NCBI GenBank assembly: GCA_965242525.1
Contig: OZ251459.1
Location: 3,584,001-3,648,000 of the forward strand
DNA: 64,000 nucleotides
Origin: an uncultured Candidatus Binatia bacterium
GTDB taxonomy: Bacteria; Desulfobacterota; Binatia; UBA9968; JAJDTQ01
Direction: 5' to 3'
Positions 9,450 through 20,728 of this stretch are shown here, in pieces. A program made the translations under genes and the position numbers. The notes under the pieces are model-generated. The model ran no database searches. It was given only the letters and a program-made list of their open reading frames with translations, and had not been told where the DNA came from. Each line of letters starts with the position of its first letter. Position 1 is the first letter of the stretch.

Positions 9450-10541
9450 TCAGCCCGCCTCGATGTCGTAGAGCCGCCGCGCGTTCCCGCCCATGATCCT
9501 GGGCAGCGAACCGGCCGGGATGTCGTCCCGGGCGAGCACCTCGCTGACGACGTTGGGGAACTTGCAGTCCCCGTGGTTGTAGTCCGAGGCGAACACCAGA
9601 CGGTGGTCGCCGATGAAGTCCATGACGAACGGCAAGGTGGTCTCGTCCGGCTCGAAGGAGAAATAGACCTCCCGTTGGCGGATGTACTCGCTGGGAGGCA
9701 TGGTCAGCAGCGGCACGGCCGCCTGCATGTACTCGTAGTGCTCGTCCAGCCGCTCCATCCAGAACGGCACCCAGCCGGCCCCGGCTTCGAGGAACGCCAC
9801 CTTGAGTTTCGGGAACTTCTCCAGCACGCCGCCGCCCACCATGCACATGACGCCGATCATCTGCTCGAAAGGATGGGTGGTGGCGTGCACGAACAGCGCG
9901 TTGTCGAAGCGGTCCGCGGCGGCCGCGGGCCGCCCCGAACCCACGTGGACGCACACAGGCGTCCCGAGCTCCTCGGCTGCGGCGTAGAACGGATCGAAAT
10001 CGGGATGGTCGAGGTTGCGCCCGGCGGAATGCGCCGAGGTGGCCGCGGCCACGAACCCTAGGTCCCGGACGCAGCGCCGGAGCTCCGCGGCCGCCTCCGC
10101 CGGGTCCTGCATGGGCACGCACGCCACGCCCTTGAGCCGCTCGGGCGCGGTGCGGCAGTACTCGTGGAGCCAGTTGTTGTAGGCCCTGGCCACGGCGCAG
10201 GCGTAGTCCTTGTCTTCCAGGAACGGCAGGCTCAGGAACACGGTGGTGCCGAAGTTCACCGAGACCGCAATCTCTTCCAGGTCCATGTCCTCGAGCCGCT
10301 GCACCGGGTCCACCATTCCGGTGGTGGGCCGGGGCGAGCGGTTGTGGGGCACCGCACCGATGCCGCAGCCCACCCCCGAGGGCTTGGCCCAGATACGGCC
10401 TTCCATGAGCAGTTGCTGGCGCCCGTCGGATTCCACCACCCGGGGCGCCTTCTTCCTGTAGGGGCCTTCCAGCAACTCTTCCCACGGGGCGAACTTCTCC
10501 TGCACGTGGCCGTCCGCATCGATGATGGGGAACGTCGCCAT
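9450..10541 (-). CDS. Amidohydrolase_2 family protein
   Basis: IDADGHV, YNNWL, VCVH, FLEAGAGW, FASDYNH; AAGGAGG RBS. Confidence 0.85.
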   Translation of the reverse strand: MATFPIIDADGHVQEKFAPWEELLEGPYRKKAPRVVESDGRQQLLMEGRIWAKPSGVGCGIGAVPHNRSPRPTTGMVDPVQRLEDMDLEEIAVSVNFGTTVFLSLPFLEDKDYACAVARAYNNWLHEYCRTAPERLKGVACVPMQDPAEAAAELRRCVRDLGFVAAATSAHSAGRNLDHPDFDPFYAAAEELGTPVCVHVGSGRPAAAADRFDNALFVHATTHPFEQMIGVMCMVGGGVLEKFPKLKVAFLEAGAGWVPFWMERLDEHYEYMQAAVPLLTMPPSEYIRQREVYFSFEPDETTLPFVMDFIGDHRLVFASDYNHGDCKFPNVVSEVLARDDIPAGSLPRIMGGNARRLYDIEAG

Positions 10542-10558
10542 GGTTGCCTCCTTTGGGC

Positions 10559-10591
10559 GTTGACGGGGACTCCGCTCGCGTCCCCGTCAAC
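10559..10591. terminator. 12-bp stem-loop between the dienelactone hydrolase and amidohydrolase genes
   Basis: GTTGACGGGGAC-9nt-GTCCCCGTCAAC; no clear U-tract, so may be a stabilising hairpin. Confidence 0.45.
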
Positions 10592-10605
10592 CGGGAAAGC
10601 GCCGG

Positions 10606-11265
10606 CTACTTGATGTGCCTGGCCAGGAAAGCCGTGCTGCGCTCCCACGCCAGGTTGGCGGCGTCCGCGTTGTAGTTCGCTCCGGTCTCGTTGCCGAAGG
10701 CGTGCTTGGCCTGGTAGCGGTAGATCTCGTGGGCCACGTTGCCTTCCTTGAGCCGCGCTTCCAGGGCGTCCACCTGGTCCGGCGTGAAGGAGGTGTCCTC
10801 CAGGGCGAAGTGGCCCTGGAACGGCATGGAGATGGTCCGCGTGTCGGCCGCCTCCTCGGGGGGAACGCCGTACCAGCACACGGCCGCGTCCGCGGCCTTG
10901 GCGTACACCGCGGCCAGCACCGTCAGCGCCCCGCCCATGCAGAAGCCGATGACCCCCACCTTGGGACAACTCTGCTTCAGGTGCTCCACCGCTCCCCGCA
11001 CGTCCGTGGCGGCGTCCGCGAAGTCGAGGTTCTGCATCATGTGGCTGGCTTCCGCCGCTTCCACCGTCACCTTGCCCTTGTAGAGGTCCGGCACCAGGGA
11101 GTGGTAGCCCAGGCCCGCCAGCCGGTCGGCCACGCCCTTGATCTGGTCGTTCACCCCCCACCATTCCTGGATCACCACCATTCCCGGCGCGCCGCCGCCG
11201 GCCGAAGCGAAATAACCCGACGCGTCCTTGTCGTCGGGCCTCTTGAACGTGATCGTCTCTCCCAT
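10606..11265 (-). CDS. Dienelactone hydrolase family protein
   Basis: IQEWWG, PDLY, GFCMGG, HAFGN. Confidence 0.9.
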   Translation of the reverse strand: MGETITFKRPDDKDASGYFASAGGGAPGMVVIQEWWGVNDQIKGVADRLAGLGYHSLVPDLYKGKVTVEAAEASHMMQNLDFADAATDVRGAVEHLKQSCPKVGVIGFCMGGALTVLAAVYAKAADAAVCWYGVPPEEAADTRTISMPFQGHFALEDTSFTPDQVDALEARLKEGNVAHEIYRYQAKHAFGNETGANYNADAANLAWERSTAFLARHIK

Positions 11266-11390
11266 GACTTCCCTCCTGGAGTTTTTCCGGGCGTCGGACG
11301 CCGATGGGCAGGCAGAATAGTATGTCTCCATTCAAGAGTCCAGCCGTATCACGGCCTGGCCCGTCCTCTCGAAGCTCCCTGCGCGCCAGA

Positions 11391-11556
11391 GGAAACTCGG
11401 AACAATTCCGGCTTGGACCCCCTCTCCGTGCGGGAAAGCGCGTCCTTCGACTTCGCTTCGCTACGCTCAGGATGAACGGGATTCTTCGCTTCGCTACGTT
11501 CAGGACGAACGGGGATGATCGTTCCGGGTTTCCCGACGACGTTGTTCCGGGTTTCT
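11391..11556 (+). mobile_element. Family B element (variant ends)
   Basis: GGAAACTCGGAACAATTCC ... GATCGTTCCGGGTTTCC (11533), plus a duplicated end; two internal palindrome units. Confidence 0.7.
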
Positions 11557-11662
11557 CGAAGACGAACCGGCTCGGCGGCTTGGCGGCGGTGACCCGAACC
11601 GAGCCGGGGCACTCGTTCCGGCCGTAGCCGGCCGGCTGCGGAGACGGGTTGCTGCCCGGTCT

Positions 11663-12082
11663 TCAATCCCAGGGGTTCAACAGTTTCGCGCCGGTCGGAG
11701 CGAAGTCTTCGACGTTTCGGGTGACGATGGTCAGCCGGTGGACCAGGGCGGTGGCGGCGATGAGCGCGTCGCGGTCCGACCGACGGTCGGGGACGTGCAG
11801 TCCGGCGCAGCGCCTTGCAACCGCTGTATCGACGGGAAGGATACGGTCGGTGAACGCCCGCAATACCCGGGTATCGAGCCAGGAGCGGAGCATCGAGTCT
11901 TGGGCCGAGTCCCGACGCTCCACCAGCAGTATCCCGATTTCGAGTTCCAGGACCGTGACGGCCGACAGGAAGAGGGTGGCCGTGGAGACGCGGTTCGCCC
12001 AGGCAATCACCTTTGGCTCGGCTTTGCGGTTCTTGGCCTTTCCCAGTTCGGAAACGACGTTGGTATCGAGCAGGTACATCAC
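11663..12082 (-). CDS. PIN-domain toxin (VapC/StbB-like)
   Basis: YLLDTNVVSE, DALIAATA, VTRNVEDF, LLNPW. Confidence 0.92.
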   Translation of the reverse strand: MMYLLDTNVVSELGKAKNRKAEPKVIAWANRVSTATLFLSAVTVLELEIGILLVERRDSAQDSMLRSWLDTRVLRAFTDRILPVDTAVARRCAGLHVPDRRSDRDALIAATALVHRLTIVTRNVEDFAPTGAKLLNPWD

Positions 12083-12336
12083 GACAAGTCCGGGATCCGA
12101 TACATGTCGCGGTTCGACCGGGCCGGCTCGAAATCGACGTCGGCGCCCTCCGGCATGGCCAGCAAGTCAACGATGCCCGCGTCCTTCTCCGTGATCTTCC
12201 GGTAGTCCTCGATGCTCAACAGGACATGCGCCGCACGGCCCCGGTCCGTTATGAAAACCGGCCCCTTCGAGGCGTCCCGCTTGGCCTTGCTCACATCCTG
12301 ATTGAACGCCCTGCTGGTAACGACGGTGATGCCCAT
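12079..12336 (-). CDS. Phd/YefM-family antitoxin (StbC-like)
   Basis: SRAFNQDVSKAKR, GPVFITDRG.AAHVLLSIEDY; overlaps the toxin start. Confidence 0.9.
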   Translation of the reverse strand: MGITVVTSRAFNQDVSKAKRDASKGPVFITDRGRAAHVLLSIEDYRKITEKDAGIVDLLAMPEGADVDFEPARSNRDMYRIPDLS

Positions 12337-12365
12337 GAACCGGCCCCTCCGTTTCCTCCCAGGAT

Positions 12366-12383
12366 TGCAGGTACATTACTACA
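12366..12383. promoter_or_regulatory. Imperfect palindrome, candidate toxin-antitoxin autoregulatory operator
   Basis: TGCAGGTACATTACTACA, about 30 nt upstream of the antitoxin start. Confidence 0.35.
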
Positions 12384-12409
12384 AACACCGCGGCAACTCA
12401 ACGGTGCAG

Positions 12410-12798
12410 CCGCCCACCCTCCGTCATTCCCGCGAAAGCAAGCGGGGGCGGGAATCCAGCCGTTCCATGGCGCCCTGCCTCACTGTGCATTAGGAACCTC
12501 TGGACAATCGAGACATCCAGGATGGATTCCCTCACCCTGACCCTATCTCCGTTCGTCCTGAGCGTAGCGAAGCGAAGTCGAAGGACGCGCTCATGCCCCC
12601 TGCCCTGATTGATCAGAGGTTTCATTACATGGATCGAGTGGACCGAGAAGGGCCATCCGCCGAGTGGATTCCCGCTTTCGCGGGAATGACGGGTGTGGGG
12701 GTTGCAGGAATGACGGGGCAGGCGTCTGCGGAGCAATGACTGCGTGACCCCTTTCGCTTCCCTTCCTCCTACCTGCCCACACAAAAGCCGGAAGAGCC
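12410..12798 (+). mobile_element. Family A element (REP pair plus GIY-YIG remnants) interrupted by a nested family B MITE
   Basis: CGTCATTCCCGCGAAAGC..GGGAATCCA (12422), inverted TGGATTCCCGCTTTCGCGGGAATGACG, remnant coding IEWTEKGHP, terminal CCCACACAAAAGCCGGAAGAGCC. Confidence 0.75.
12493..12623 (-). mobile_element. Family B MITE with 4-bp TSD ATTA, nested in family A
   Basis: ATTA|GGAACCTCTGGACAATC ... GATTGATCAGAGGTTTC|ATTA. Confidence 0.85.
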
Positions 12799-12809
12799 CG
12801 GAGACCTCC

Positions 12810-12848
12810 CCGTTCGTCCTGAGCGTAGCGGAGCAAAGTCGAAGGACG
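12810..12848 (-). repeat. Family B core palindrome
   Basis: CCGTTCGTCCTGAGCGTAGCGGAGCAAAGTCGAAGGACG. Confidence 0.8.
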
Positions 12849-12959
12849 CCCGGTTGACGCGCGAATCGGATTCTTGTTAAGAGGGTATCCGCGATCCGGG
12901 GCGTCGCGTCCTCGTGCCAGCCCGCGTCCCAACGCGCACAGGAAGAGAGGGTTACGCCA

Positions 12960-13529
12960 TTGACCGAGGATGAAGTACTACAGATTCTGGACTTGGTGGA
13001 GAAGTCGAACTTCGATTATCTCGACCTCGAGGTAGGCGACCTGAAGCTCACGGTCAGCAAGTCGGGCGTCCCGCTCGCCGCCGCGGCTGCGCCCGCGCCC
13101 GCAACCGTCAGCGTCGCCCGGGCCGAGCCCGCTGCGCCGGCCGCTCCGGCCCCCGCCCCTGCGGCTCCGGCCGCGGCGGCCCCCGCGCCCGAGAGCGCGC
13201 CCGCGTCCCAGCCGGCCACCGTCAAGGAAGGCGCCGTCCCCATCACCGCGCCCATGGTGGGCACCTTCTACGCCACGCCCGAACCCGGCGCGCCGCCCTT
13301 CGTCAAGCTCGGCGACCACGTGGACGCCGAGGCCACGGTGGGCCTCGTGGAGGTCATGAAGGTCTTCAACGCGGTGAGCTCCGGCGTTTCCGGCACCATC
13401 GACGAGGTCTGCGTGGAAAGCGGCCAGTTCGTCGAGCACGGCCAGACCCTCTTCCTGGTGCGGCCGGACGGAGACGAAGCGTGCTGCCAGGAAGACAGTA
13501 CCGAATGCCCCGTTCCCGGTGCGACCTGA
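12960..13529 (+). CDS. accB: Biotin carboxyl carrier protein
   Basis: Ala/Pro linker, APMVGTFY, EVMKVF biotinylation motif. Confidence 0.85.
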   Translation: MTEDEVLQILDLVEKSNFDYLDLEVGDLKLTVSKSGVPLAAAAAPAPATVSVARAEPAAPAAPAPAPAAPAAAAPAPESAPASQPATVKEGAVPITAPMVGTFYATPEPGAPPFVKLGDHVDAEATVGLVEVMKVFNAVSSGVSGTIDEVCVESGQFVEHGQTLFLVRPDGDEACCQEDSTECPVPGAT

Positions 13530-13559
13530 TGGACGGCAGCGCCGGCGGAACCCTCGCCC

Positions 13560-14927
13560 ATGGCCGTTAGCCGTCTCCTGGTCGCCAACCGGGGCGAGAT
13601 CGCGGTCCGCATCATCAAAGCCTGCCAGTCCCTGGGCGTCGAGTCGGTGGCGGTGGTTTCCGAGGCCGACCGGGACAGTATGCCGGCCCGCCTCGCGAAC
13701 CGCACCGTGTGCATCGGCCCGGCCCGCTCCGCGGAGAGCTACCTCAAGGTCGAGGCCCTGGTGGCCACCGCCCTGGGCACCGGTTGCGACGCCCTCCACC
13801 CGGGCTACGGGTTCCTTGCCGAGAAGTCCGAGCTGGCCGAGACCTGCGCCAGGCACGGCATCACCTTCGTGGGCCCCCGGGCCGACAGCATCCGCCAGAT
13901 GGGCAACAAGCTGCTGGCCCGGGCCGCGGTGGGCGCCTTCGGCGTCCCGCTGGTGCCCGGGTCCGACAACGTGGGCAGCTTCCGGGAGGCCGCGGAAGTC
14001 GCCGCGGAGGTGGGCTACCCCGTGCTGCTGAAGGCGGCCGCGGGAGGGGGCGGCAAGGGCATCAAGATCGTCACCGGGGACGGCGAGCTCCAGACCGCGT
14101 TCGAGACCGCGTCCGCGGAGGCCCGGGCCGCTTTCGGCGACCCCACCCTGTACATGGAGCGTTACGTCCCCAACGCCCGCCACATCGAAGTCCAGGTCAT
14201 GGGCGACCGGTTCGGCAACGTGGTGCACGTGGGCGAGCGGGACTGCTCGCTGCAGCGGCGCTACCAGAAGGTGGTGGAGGAGGCGCCCGCGGCCTGCATC
14301 CCGGAGGAGTTGCGGGAGCGCATCCGCGAGGCCGGACACAAGGTCGCCCGGGAGATCAAGTACGAGAACGCCGGCACCGTGGAGTTCATCTACGACGAGG
14401 ACCGGCAGGACTTCTTCTTCCTGGAGATGAACACCCGCATCCAGGTGGAGCACCCGGTCACCGAGATGGTCACGGGCCTGGACCTGGTGCGGGAGCAGAT
14501 CCGCATCGCCGGCGGCGAGAGGCTCTCCTTCTCGCAGGAGGACGTCCGCTTCGACGGCCACGCCATCGAGTGCCGCATCACCGCGGAAGCGCCGTGGCAG
14601 GGGTTCCGGCCGTGCCCCGGAACCCTCACCGATTGGCGTCCGCCCCAGGGACCGGGTATCCGGGTGGACACCCAATGCTTTCCGGGCTACCGCGTCCCGC
14701 CGTTCTACGACTCGCTGCTGGCCAAGCTCATCGTCCACGGGGCCGACCGGGGACAGGCGGTGGCGCGCATGAAGCAGGCCCTTGCGCAGTTCGCCGCGGC
14801 CGGCATCGACACCACCGTCCCGTTCCTGCAGGCGGTGATGGAAGAGCCGGACTACGTGAGCGGCCGGGTCAGCACCCGCTGGCTCGAAGGACGCCTCGAC
14901 GAGATCGCAGCCCGCCGCGGGCAGTGA
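13560..14927 (+). CDS. accC: Biotin carboxylase
   Basis: LVANRGEIAVRI, HPGYGFLAE, KAAAGGGGKG, RDCSLQRR, EMNTRIQVEHPVTE, YDSLLAK. Confidence 0.9.
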   Translation: MAVSRLLVANRGEIAVRIIKACQSLGVESVAVVSEADRDSMPARLANRTVCIGPARSAESYLKVEALVATALGTGCDALHPGYGFLAEKSELAETCARHGITFVGPRADSIRQMGNKLLARAAVGAFGVPLVPGSDNVGSFREAAEVAAEVGYPVLLKAAAGGGGKGIKIVTGDGELQTAFETASAEARAAFGDPTLYMERYVPNARHIEVQVMGDRFGNVVHVGERDCSLQRRYQKVVEEAPAACIPEELRERIREAGHKVAREIKYENAGTVEFIYDEDRQDFFFLEMNTRIQVEHPVTEMVTGLDLVREQIRIAGGERLSFSQEDVRFDGHAIECRITAEAPWQGFRPCPGTLTDWRPPQGPGIRVDTQCFPGYRVPPFYDSLLAKLIVHGADRGQAVARMKQALAQFAAAGIDTTVPFLQAVMEEPDYVSGRVSTRWLEGRLDEIAARRGQ

Positions 14928-15002
14928 GCCGCCCGACCCTCACTCGACCTTCGACCCTTGCCCGAAGGCGCTCGCAAGGCGCGCCGCCAGCCCGCGTTCC
15001 GC

Positions 15003-15809
15003 TCACCCGCGGATGAAGTCCCGGATCGCCCGGTGCGCCGTGTCCGGGTTCGAGAAGAAGTAGCTGTGCCGCTCTCCCGGCAGGACCACGAGCCGGGCGT
15101 CGGGAATGCCCTCGGCGAGCATCTCCGCCCCCTTTCGGTGGGACATGTCGCTCACCACCGTGTGGTCGTCCTCTCCCACCAGCACCAGCGTGGGCGCGGC
15201 GATGTCCTTGAGCCGGTGGCGGGTGTCGTGCTCCTGCCGTGCGATCACGTGCCGGAAGTAGCATTCCACCGAGGCCAGGTTGGCCATGCGCACCTCCAGG
15301 AACCTCTCGATCTCGGCCGGGTGCTCCTTCGCGTACGACTCGGTCCAGCCCACCTCGACGGTGTGGTCCCGCACGTATTTCTCGTAGCCCATCTCCACCA
15401 TCTCGGTGGCGATCCTGAGGGGTATGCCCCGGGCGCCGGGGTGGGCCGCCCCGGACGAGGCGAGTATGAGCTTGTCCACCCGCCCGGGGTGCTCCAGCGC
15501 CAGCAACTGCGCCACCCTGCCGCCCATGGAATGGCCGCACACCACGGCCCCGGCGGCGTCCAGGTGCTCCATGACCGCGGCCACGTCGTCGGCGAACATG
15601 CGCGTGGTGTAGCGCATGGGGGTCCGGGTGGACCTTCCGGTGCCCCGGAAGTCCGTGACGATGGTGCGGTGGTCCCGGGAGAACTCGGTCACCTGGAACA
15701 GGTTCCACACGTCTCCGTCGCACGCGGTCTCCGCGATGAAGACGAAAGGCCGTCCGTCCCCGTGGACCTCGTAGTAGATGTCGGCGTCGCCGACGTTCAG
15801 CGTTGGCAT
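15003..15809 (-). CDS. Alpha/beta hydrolase
   Basis: DFRGTGRS, GHSMGG, PTLVLVGEDD, C-terminal His. Confidence 0.85.
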   Translation of the reverse strand: MPTLNVGDADIYYEVHGDGRPFVFIAETACDGDVWNLFQVTEFSRDHRTIVTDFRGTGRSTRTPMRYTTRMFADDVAAVMEHLDAAGAVVCGHSMGGRVAQLLALEHPGRVDKLILASSGAAHPGARGIPLRIATEMVEMGYEKYVRDHTVEVGWTESYAKEHPAEIERFLEVRMANLASVECYFRHVIARQEHDTRHRLKDIAAPTLVLVGEDDHTVVSDMSHRKGAEMLAEGIPDARLVVLPGERHSYFFSNPDTAHRAIRDFIRG

Positions 15810-15826
15810 GATGTCCTCCCAAATCC

Positions 15827-16028
15827 GGCGCTTCCGGAAATCGTGTGGGTTGCGACACCCATCATCCCGTCATTCCCGCAAAAGCCTCATCCCGTCATTC
15901 CCGCGAAAGCGGGAATCCATCCGGTTTCCTCGCTCTCGTTGTACAAACTTCTCATACAGTGCGCCCATGGGGTTTGCTCGCAGGGTCTGGATTCCGTGAA
16001 ACCCTGCCACACAGAAGCCGGGAGAGCT
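15827..16028. mobile_element. Short family A element
   Basis: Left end GGCGCTTCCGGAAATCGTGTGGG, REP CGTCATTCCCGCGAAAGCGGGAATCCA, last codons of the GIY-YIG fragment (LYNESEE on minus strand), right end CCACACAGAAGCCGGGAGAGC. Confidence 0.75.
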
Positions 16029-16044
16029 ACTATGACCAACGACC

Positions 16045-16083
16045 CCGTTCGTCCTGAGCGTAGCGAAGCGAAGTCGAAGGGCG
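16045..16083 (-). repeat. Family B core palindrome
   Basis: CCGTTCGTCCTGAGCGTAGCGAAGCGAAGTCGAAGGGCG. Confidence 0.8.
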
Positions 16084-16095
16084 CGCTTGCCGCCC

Positions 16096-17943
<1,848 letters not shown>

Positions 17944-17970
17944 GGTGGCTTCGGTCCTCAGCCCGCCCCC

Positions 17971-19230
17971 TCAGCCCTCGTCCCGGGCCCGGCGCACCTC
18001 TTCCGCCAGGACCGCCAGCCCGCGCTCGGTGCGGCCCCAGTCGTCGGCGTAGGAGATGCGGACGCACTCCCGCTTGTGCGGCCAGTCGTCGTGCTCCAGC
18101 CCCGGGAAGAAGTAGTGGCCGGACACGACGATGACCCCGCGGGCCTTGAGCCGTCGATAGAGTTCGACGTTGTCGATGGGCAGGCCCGGCATCCACAGCC
18201 ACAGGAAGAACGCTCCCTCCGGGCGATGGATGCGCACGTCGCAGTCCTCGAGCCCGCGGCGCAGCAGGTCCACCACCCGCTCCGCCCGCCCGGCGTAGTG
18301 CGGGCGCACCACCTCACGGCCCAGGGCGAGGACCTCGCCGCTGTCCACGAGCTCGGTGGCCAGGGCCGGACCCAGGCTTCCCGGGGCCAGGCAGAAGATG
18401 GCGTTGGCCGCCTCCAGGGCGGCGACGACCTCTTCCGCGGCCACCACGATGCCGGTGCGGAGCCCGGGCAGCCCGAGCTTGGAAAGGCTCATGCACAGGA
18501 TCGTCCGCGGGTTCCAGGCCAGGGCGGGTTCCCCGAAGACGATGCCGGGAAAGGGCTGCCCGTAGGCCACGTCCACGATGAGCGGAACGTCCCGGGTCCG
18601 GGCCAGGGCGTCCAGGCGCTCCATCTCCGCGTCGGTGACCACGTTGCCGGTGGGGTTGGTGGGACGCGACAGGCAGATGGCGCCCACGTCCTCCACCGCC
18701 TCCACCGCGTCGAAGTCCACGCCGTACTTGAACAGCTTGTCCCCGAGGTCGGTGAGCACCGATCGGCGCGACGCCAGCAGGCCGGGAGTGAGGCCCAGGT
18801 CGGCGTAGCCGATGTACTCGGGCGAGAGCGGCAGCAGCACCCGGCGAAAGCCGCCGTCCCCGGTGGGTCCGGCCAACAGGTTGAACAGGGCCAGGAACGC
18901 CGACTGGCTGCCGTTGGTGACGGCGACGTTGCGCTCGCTCAGATCCCATCCCCGCTCGCGCCGCAGCAGCCGCGCCACCGCCCGGGCGAAACTCCGGTCC
19001 CCGGACGGCCCGTCGTAGTCCCCCACCGCCCGCTCGAACGCGTCGCCCCGCCGCAGCAGCGCCTCCATGTGCCGGCGGAAGACCTCCTGCGCGGCCGGGA
19101 TGGGACTGGGGTTGCCTCCGCCGAGGTTCATGATCTCCCCGCCCGCGGTCACGAACTCCCCCAGGTCCTCCATGAGCGAGCGCGTGCCCGATTCGCCCAT
19201 CAGCCGCCTGCCCAGCGCCGACAGCTTCAT
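17971..19230 (-). CDS. avtA: Valine--pyruvate aminotransferase
   Basis: SGTRSLMEDL, LGGGNP, TNGSQSAF, PEYIGY, SRPTNPTGNV, SLSKLGLPG.RTG. Confidence 0.9.
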   Translation of the reverse strand: MKLSALGRRLMGESGTRSLMEDLGEFVTAGGEIMNLGGGNPSPIPAAQEVFRRHMEALLRRGDAFERAVGDYDGPSGDRSFARAVARLLRRERGWDLSERNVAVTNGSQSAFLALFNLLAGPTGDGGFRRVLLPLSPEYIGYADLGLTPGLLASRRSVLTDLGDKLFKYGVDFDAVEAVEDVGAICLSRPTNPTGNVVTDAEMERLDALARTRDVPLIVDVAYGQPFPGIVFGEPALAWNPRTILCMSLSKLGLPGLRTGIVVAAEEVVAALEAANAIFCLAPGSLGPALATELVDSGEVLALGREVVRPHYAGRAERVVDLLRRGLEDCDVRIHRPEGAFFLWLWMPGLPIDNVELYRRLKARGVIVVSGHYFFPGLEHDDWPHKRECVRISYADDWGRTERGLAVLAEEVRRARDEG

Positions 19231-19322
19231 CCCCCGGATCCTCCTTCCCCGATGCGCCCGGCCCCGCGGCCCGGCGCCCCGGAACCATAGCACAGAAACG
19301 CGGACCTTCGGGATGCTGCGCA

Positions 19323-19398
19323 GGAAACTCGGACCAATCGGGACAGGGAGGGCATGAGCGCGTCCTTCGACTCCGCTTCGCTATGCTCAAGACGAACG
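19323..19398 (+). repeat. Partial family B element
   Basis: GGAAACTCGGACCAATCGGGACAGGG..GCATGAGCGCGTCCTTCGACTCCGCTTCGCTATGCTCAAGACGAACG. Confidence 0.7.
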
Positions 19399-19597
19399 AG
19401 GACAGGAGGTTGGGGCGAGGGAATCGGCGTTCTCCGCAAGGGTCCCCTTGCCGGTTCCCGCAGGCAGGGACGGGATCCGGAGCCGCTGGCGGATTCGGGC
19501 GCCGAACGATTTGCAACCGGACCGATTATCCGCTTTAATTTCCCGGAAATACCGAAGCGCGGAGTTTTACTCTGACATCACGAAGGGGGTCCACACC

Positions 19598-20644
19598 ATG
19601 GGAAAGACAATACTGGCCGTCGCCCTTGCGGCAGTCCTCGGGCTGCTGGCGGGCGGCGTTGCGGTCGCCGACGACCGTTTCTTCGAAGGCAAGACCATCC
19701 GGGTCATCGTGGGCTACTCGCCGGGCGGCGGATACGACACGTACACCCGGCAGGTGGTGCGCCACATGGGCAGGCACATTCCCGGAAACCCGGGCTTCGT
19801 GGTGCAGAACATGACCGGCGCCGGCAGCCTGGTGGCGGCCAACTACATCCAGAAGAGGGCCAGGCGCGACGGCACGGTCCTGGGCGTGTGGAACAGCGGC
19901 CTCGTGACCATGCAGGGCCTCGGCGACCCGAAGGTGCGGATCAAGGGGGAAGAGCTGAGCTGGATCGGCGCTCCGGTCAAGGGCATACCGGCTTGCGCGT
20001 TCATGGGCTGGTCCGGGGTGACGAAGCTCGAGCACATCACGGACGCCGACAAGCCGGTCAAGGTGGGCGGCACCCGGACGGGCTCCACCGGCATCGACCT
20101 GCCCAAGATCCTCAACCGGACCATCGGCACGAACTTCGACGTGGTGGCGGGCTATGCCGGAACCGCCAAGTCGCGGCTCGCCATGCAGGCCAAGGAGGTC
20201 GCGGGCGCGTGCTGGGGCTGGGAATCCATGCGGGTCACGGCCCGGTCCATGCTCGACGCCAAGGGGCCGGACAAGATGATCCCCGTGCTCACGCACCGGA
20301 AGATCCCCGACCCGGAACTCGCGAACGCCCTCGTCATACCGGACCTGATCGCCGAGCGGGGCGGCAAGAAACACGTCGCCACCTATACCGCATGGGTGAA
20401 CCAGTATGAGTTCCAGCGTCCGTTCGTGGCCCCTCCCGGCGTCCCAGCCAAGCGGCTCGCGCAGCTACGGGAAGGGTTCGCCAAGACGCTGGAGGACCCG
20501 GAGTTCCTCAAGGAGGCCGAGGATGCCAAGCTCATCATCGACTACGTGTCCGGCGAGCAGATCGAAGGATACGTGGGCCAGATCCTCGGCATGTCCCAGG
20601 AGTCGAAGGAAGCGCTGGACTTCCTCGTGCGGAAGCGCAAGTAG
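19598..20644 (+). CDS. Bug/TctC tripartite tricarboxylate transporter substrate-binding protein
   Basis: Signal peptide; GKTIRVIVGYSPGGGYD, VVQNMTGAGSL, APPGVP. Confidence 0.88.
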   Translation: MGKTILAVALAAVLGLLAGGVAVADDRFFEGKTIRVIVGYSPGGGYDTYTRQVVRHMGRHIPGNPGFVVQNMTGAGSLVAANYIQKRARRDGTVLGVWNSGLVTMQGLGDPKVRIKGEELSWIGAPVKGIPACAFMGWSGVTKLEHITDADKPVKVGGTRTGSTGIDLPKILNRTIGTNFDVVAGYAGTAKSRLAMQAKEVAGACWGWESMRVTARSMLDAKGPDKMIPVLTHRKIPDPELANALVIPDLIAERGGKKHVATYTAWVNQYEFQRPFVAPPGVPAKRLAQLREGFAKTLEDPEFLKEAEDAKLIIDYVSGEQIEGYVGQILGMSQESKEALDFLVRKRK

Positions 20645-20682
20645 GGTTTCCTCCGGTCCAACGCCGGAGGCGTTTCGGGGAG

Positions 20683-20714
20683 GAGGGGGCGTTCGCGCAT
20701 GCGGACGCCCCCTC
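20683..20714. terminator. GC hairpin between convergent genes
   Basis: GAGGGGGCGTTCGC...GCGGACGCCCCCTC. Confidence 0.5.
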
Positions 20715-20728
20715 GCGCTTTGGCCCCC

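Noticed and set aside
8401-10590. 729-aa double amidohydrolase fusion
   Set aside because: The N-terminal half is an off-frame overlap with the separate 9450-10541 gene; the real start is at 9420
11391-12848. Integron cassette array (repeat-flanked TA genes)
   Set aside because: No IntI tyrosine recombinase, and the repeats lack the RYYYAAC...GTTRRRY attC architecture
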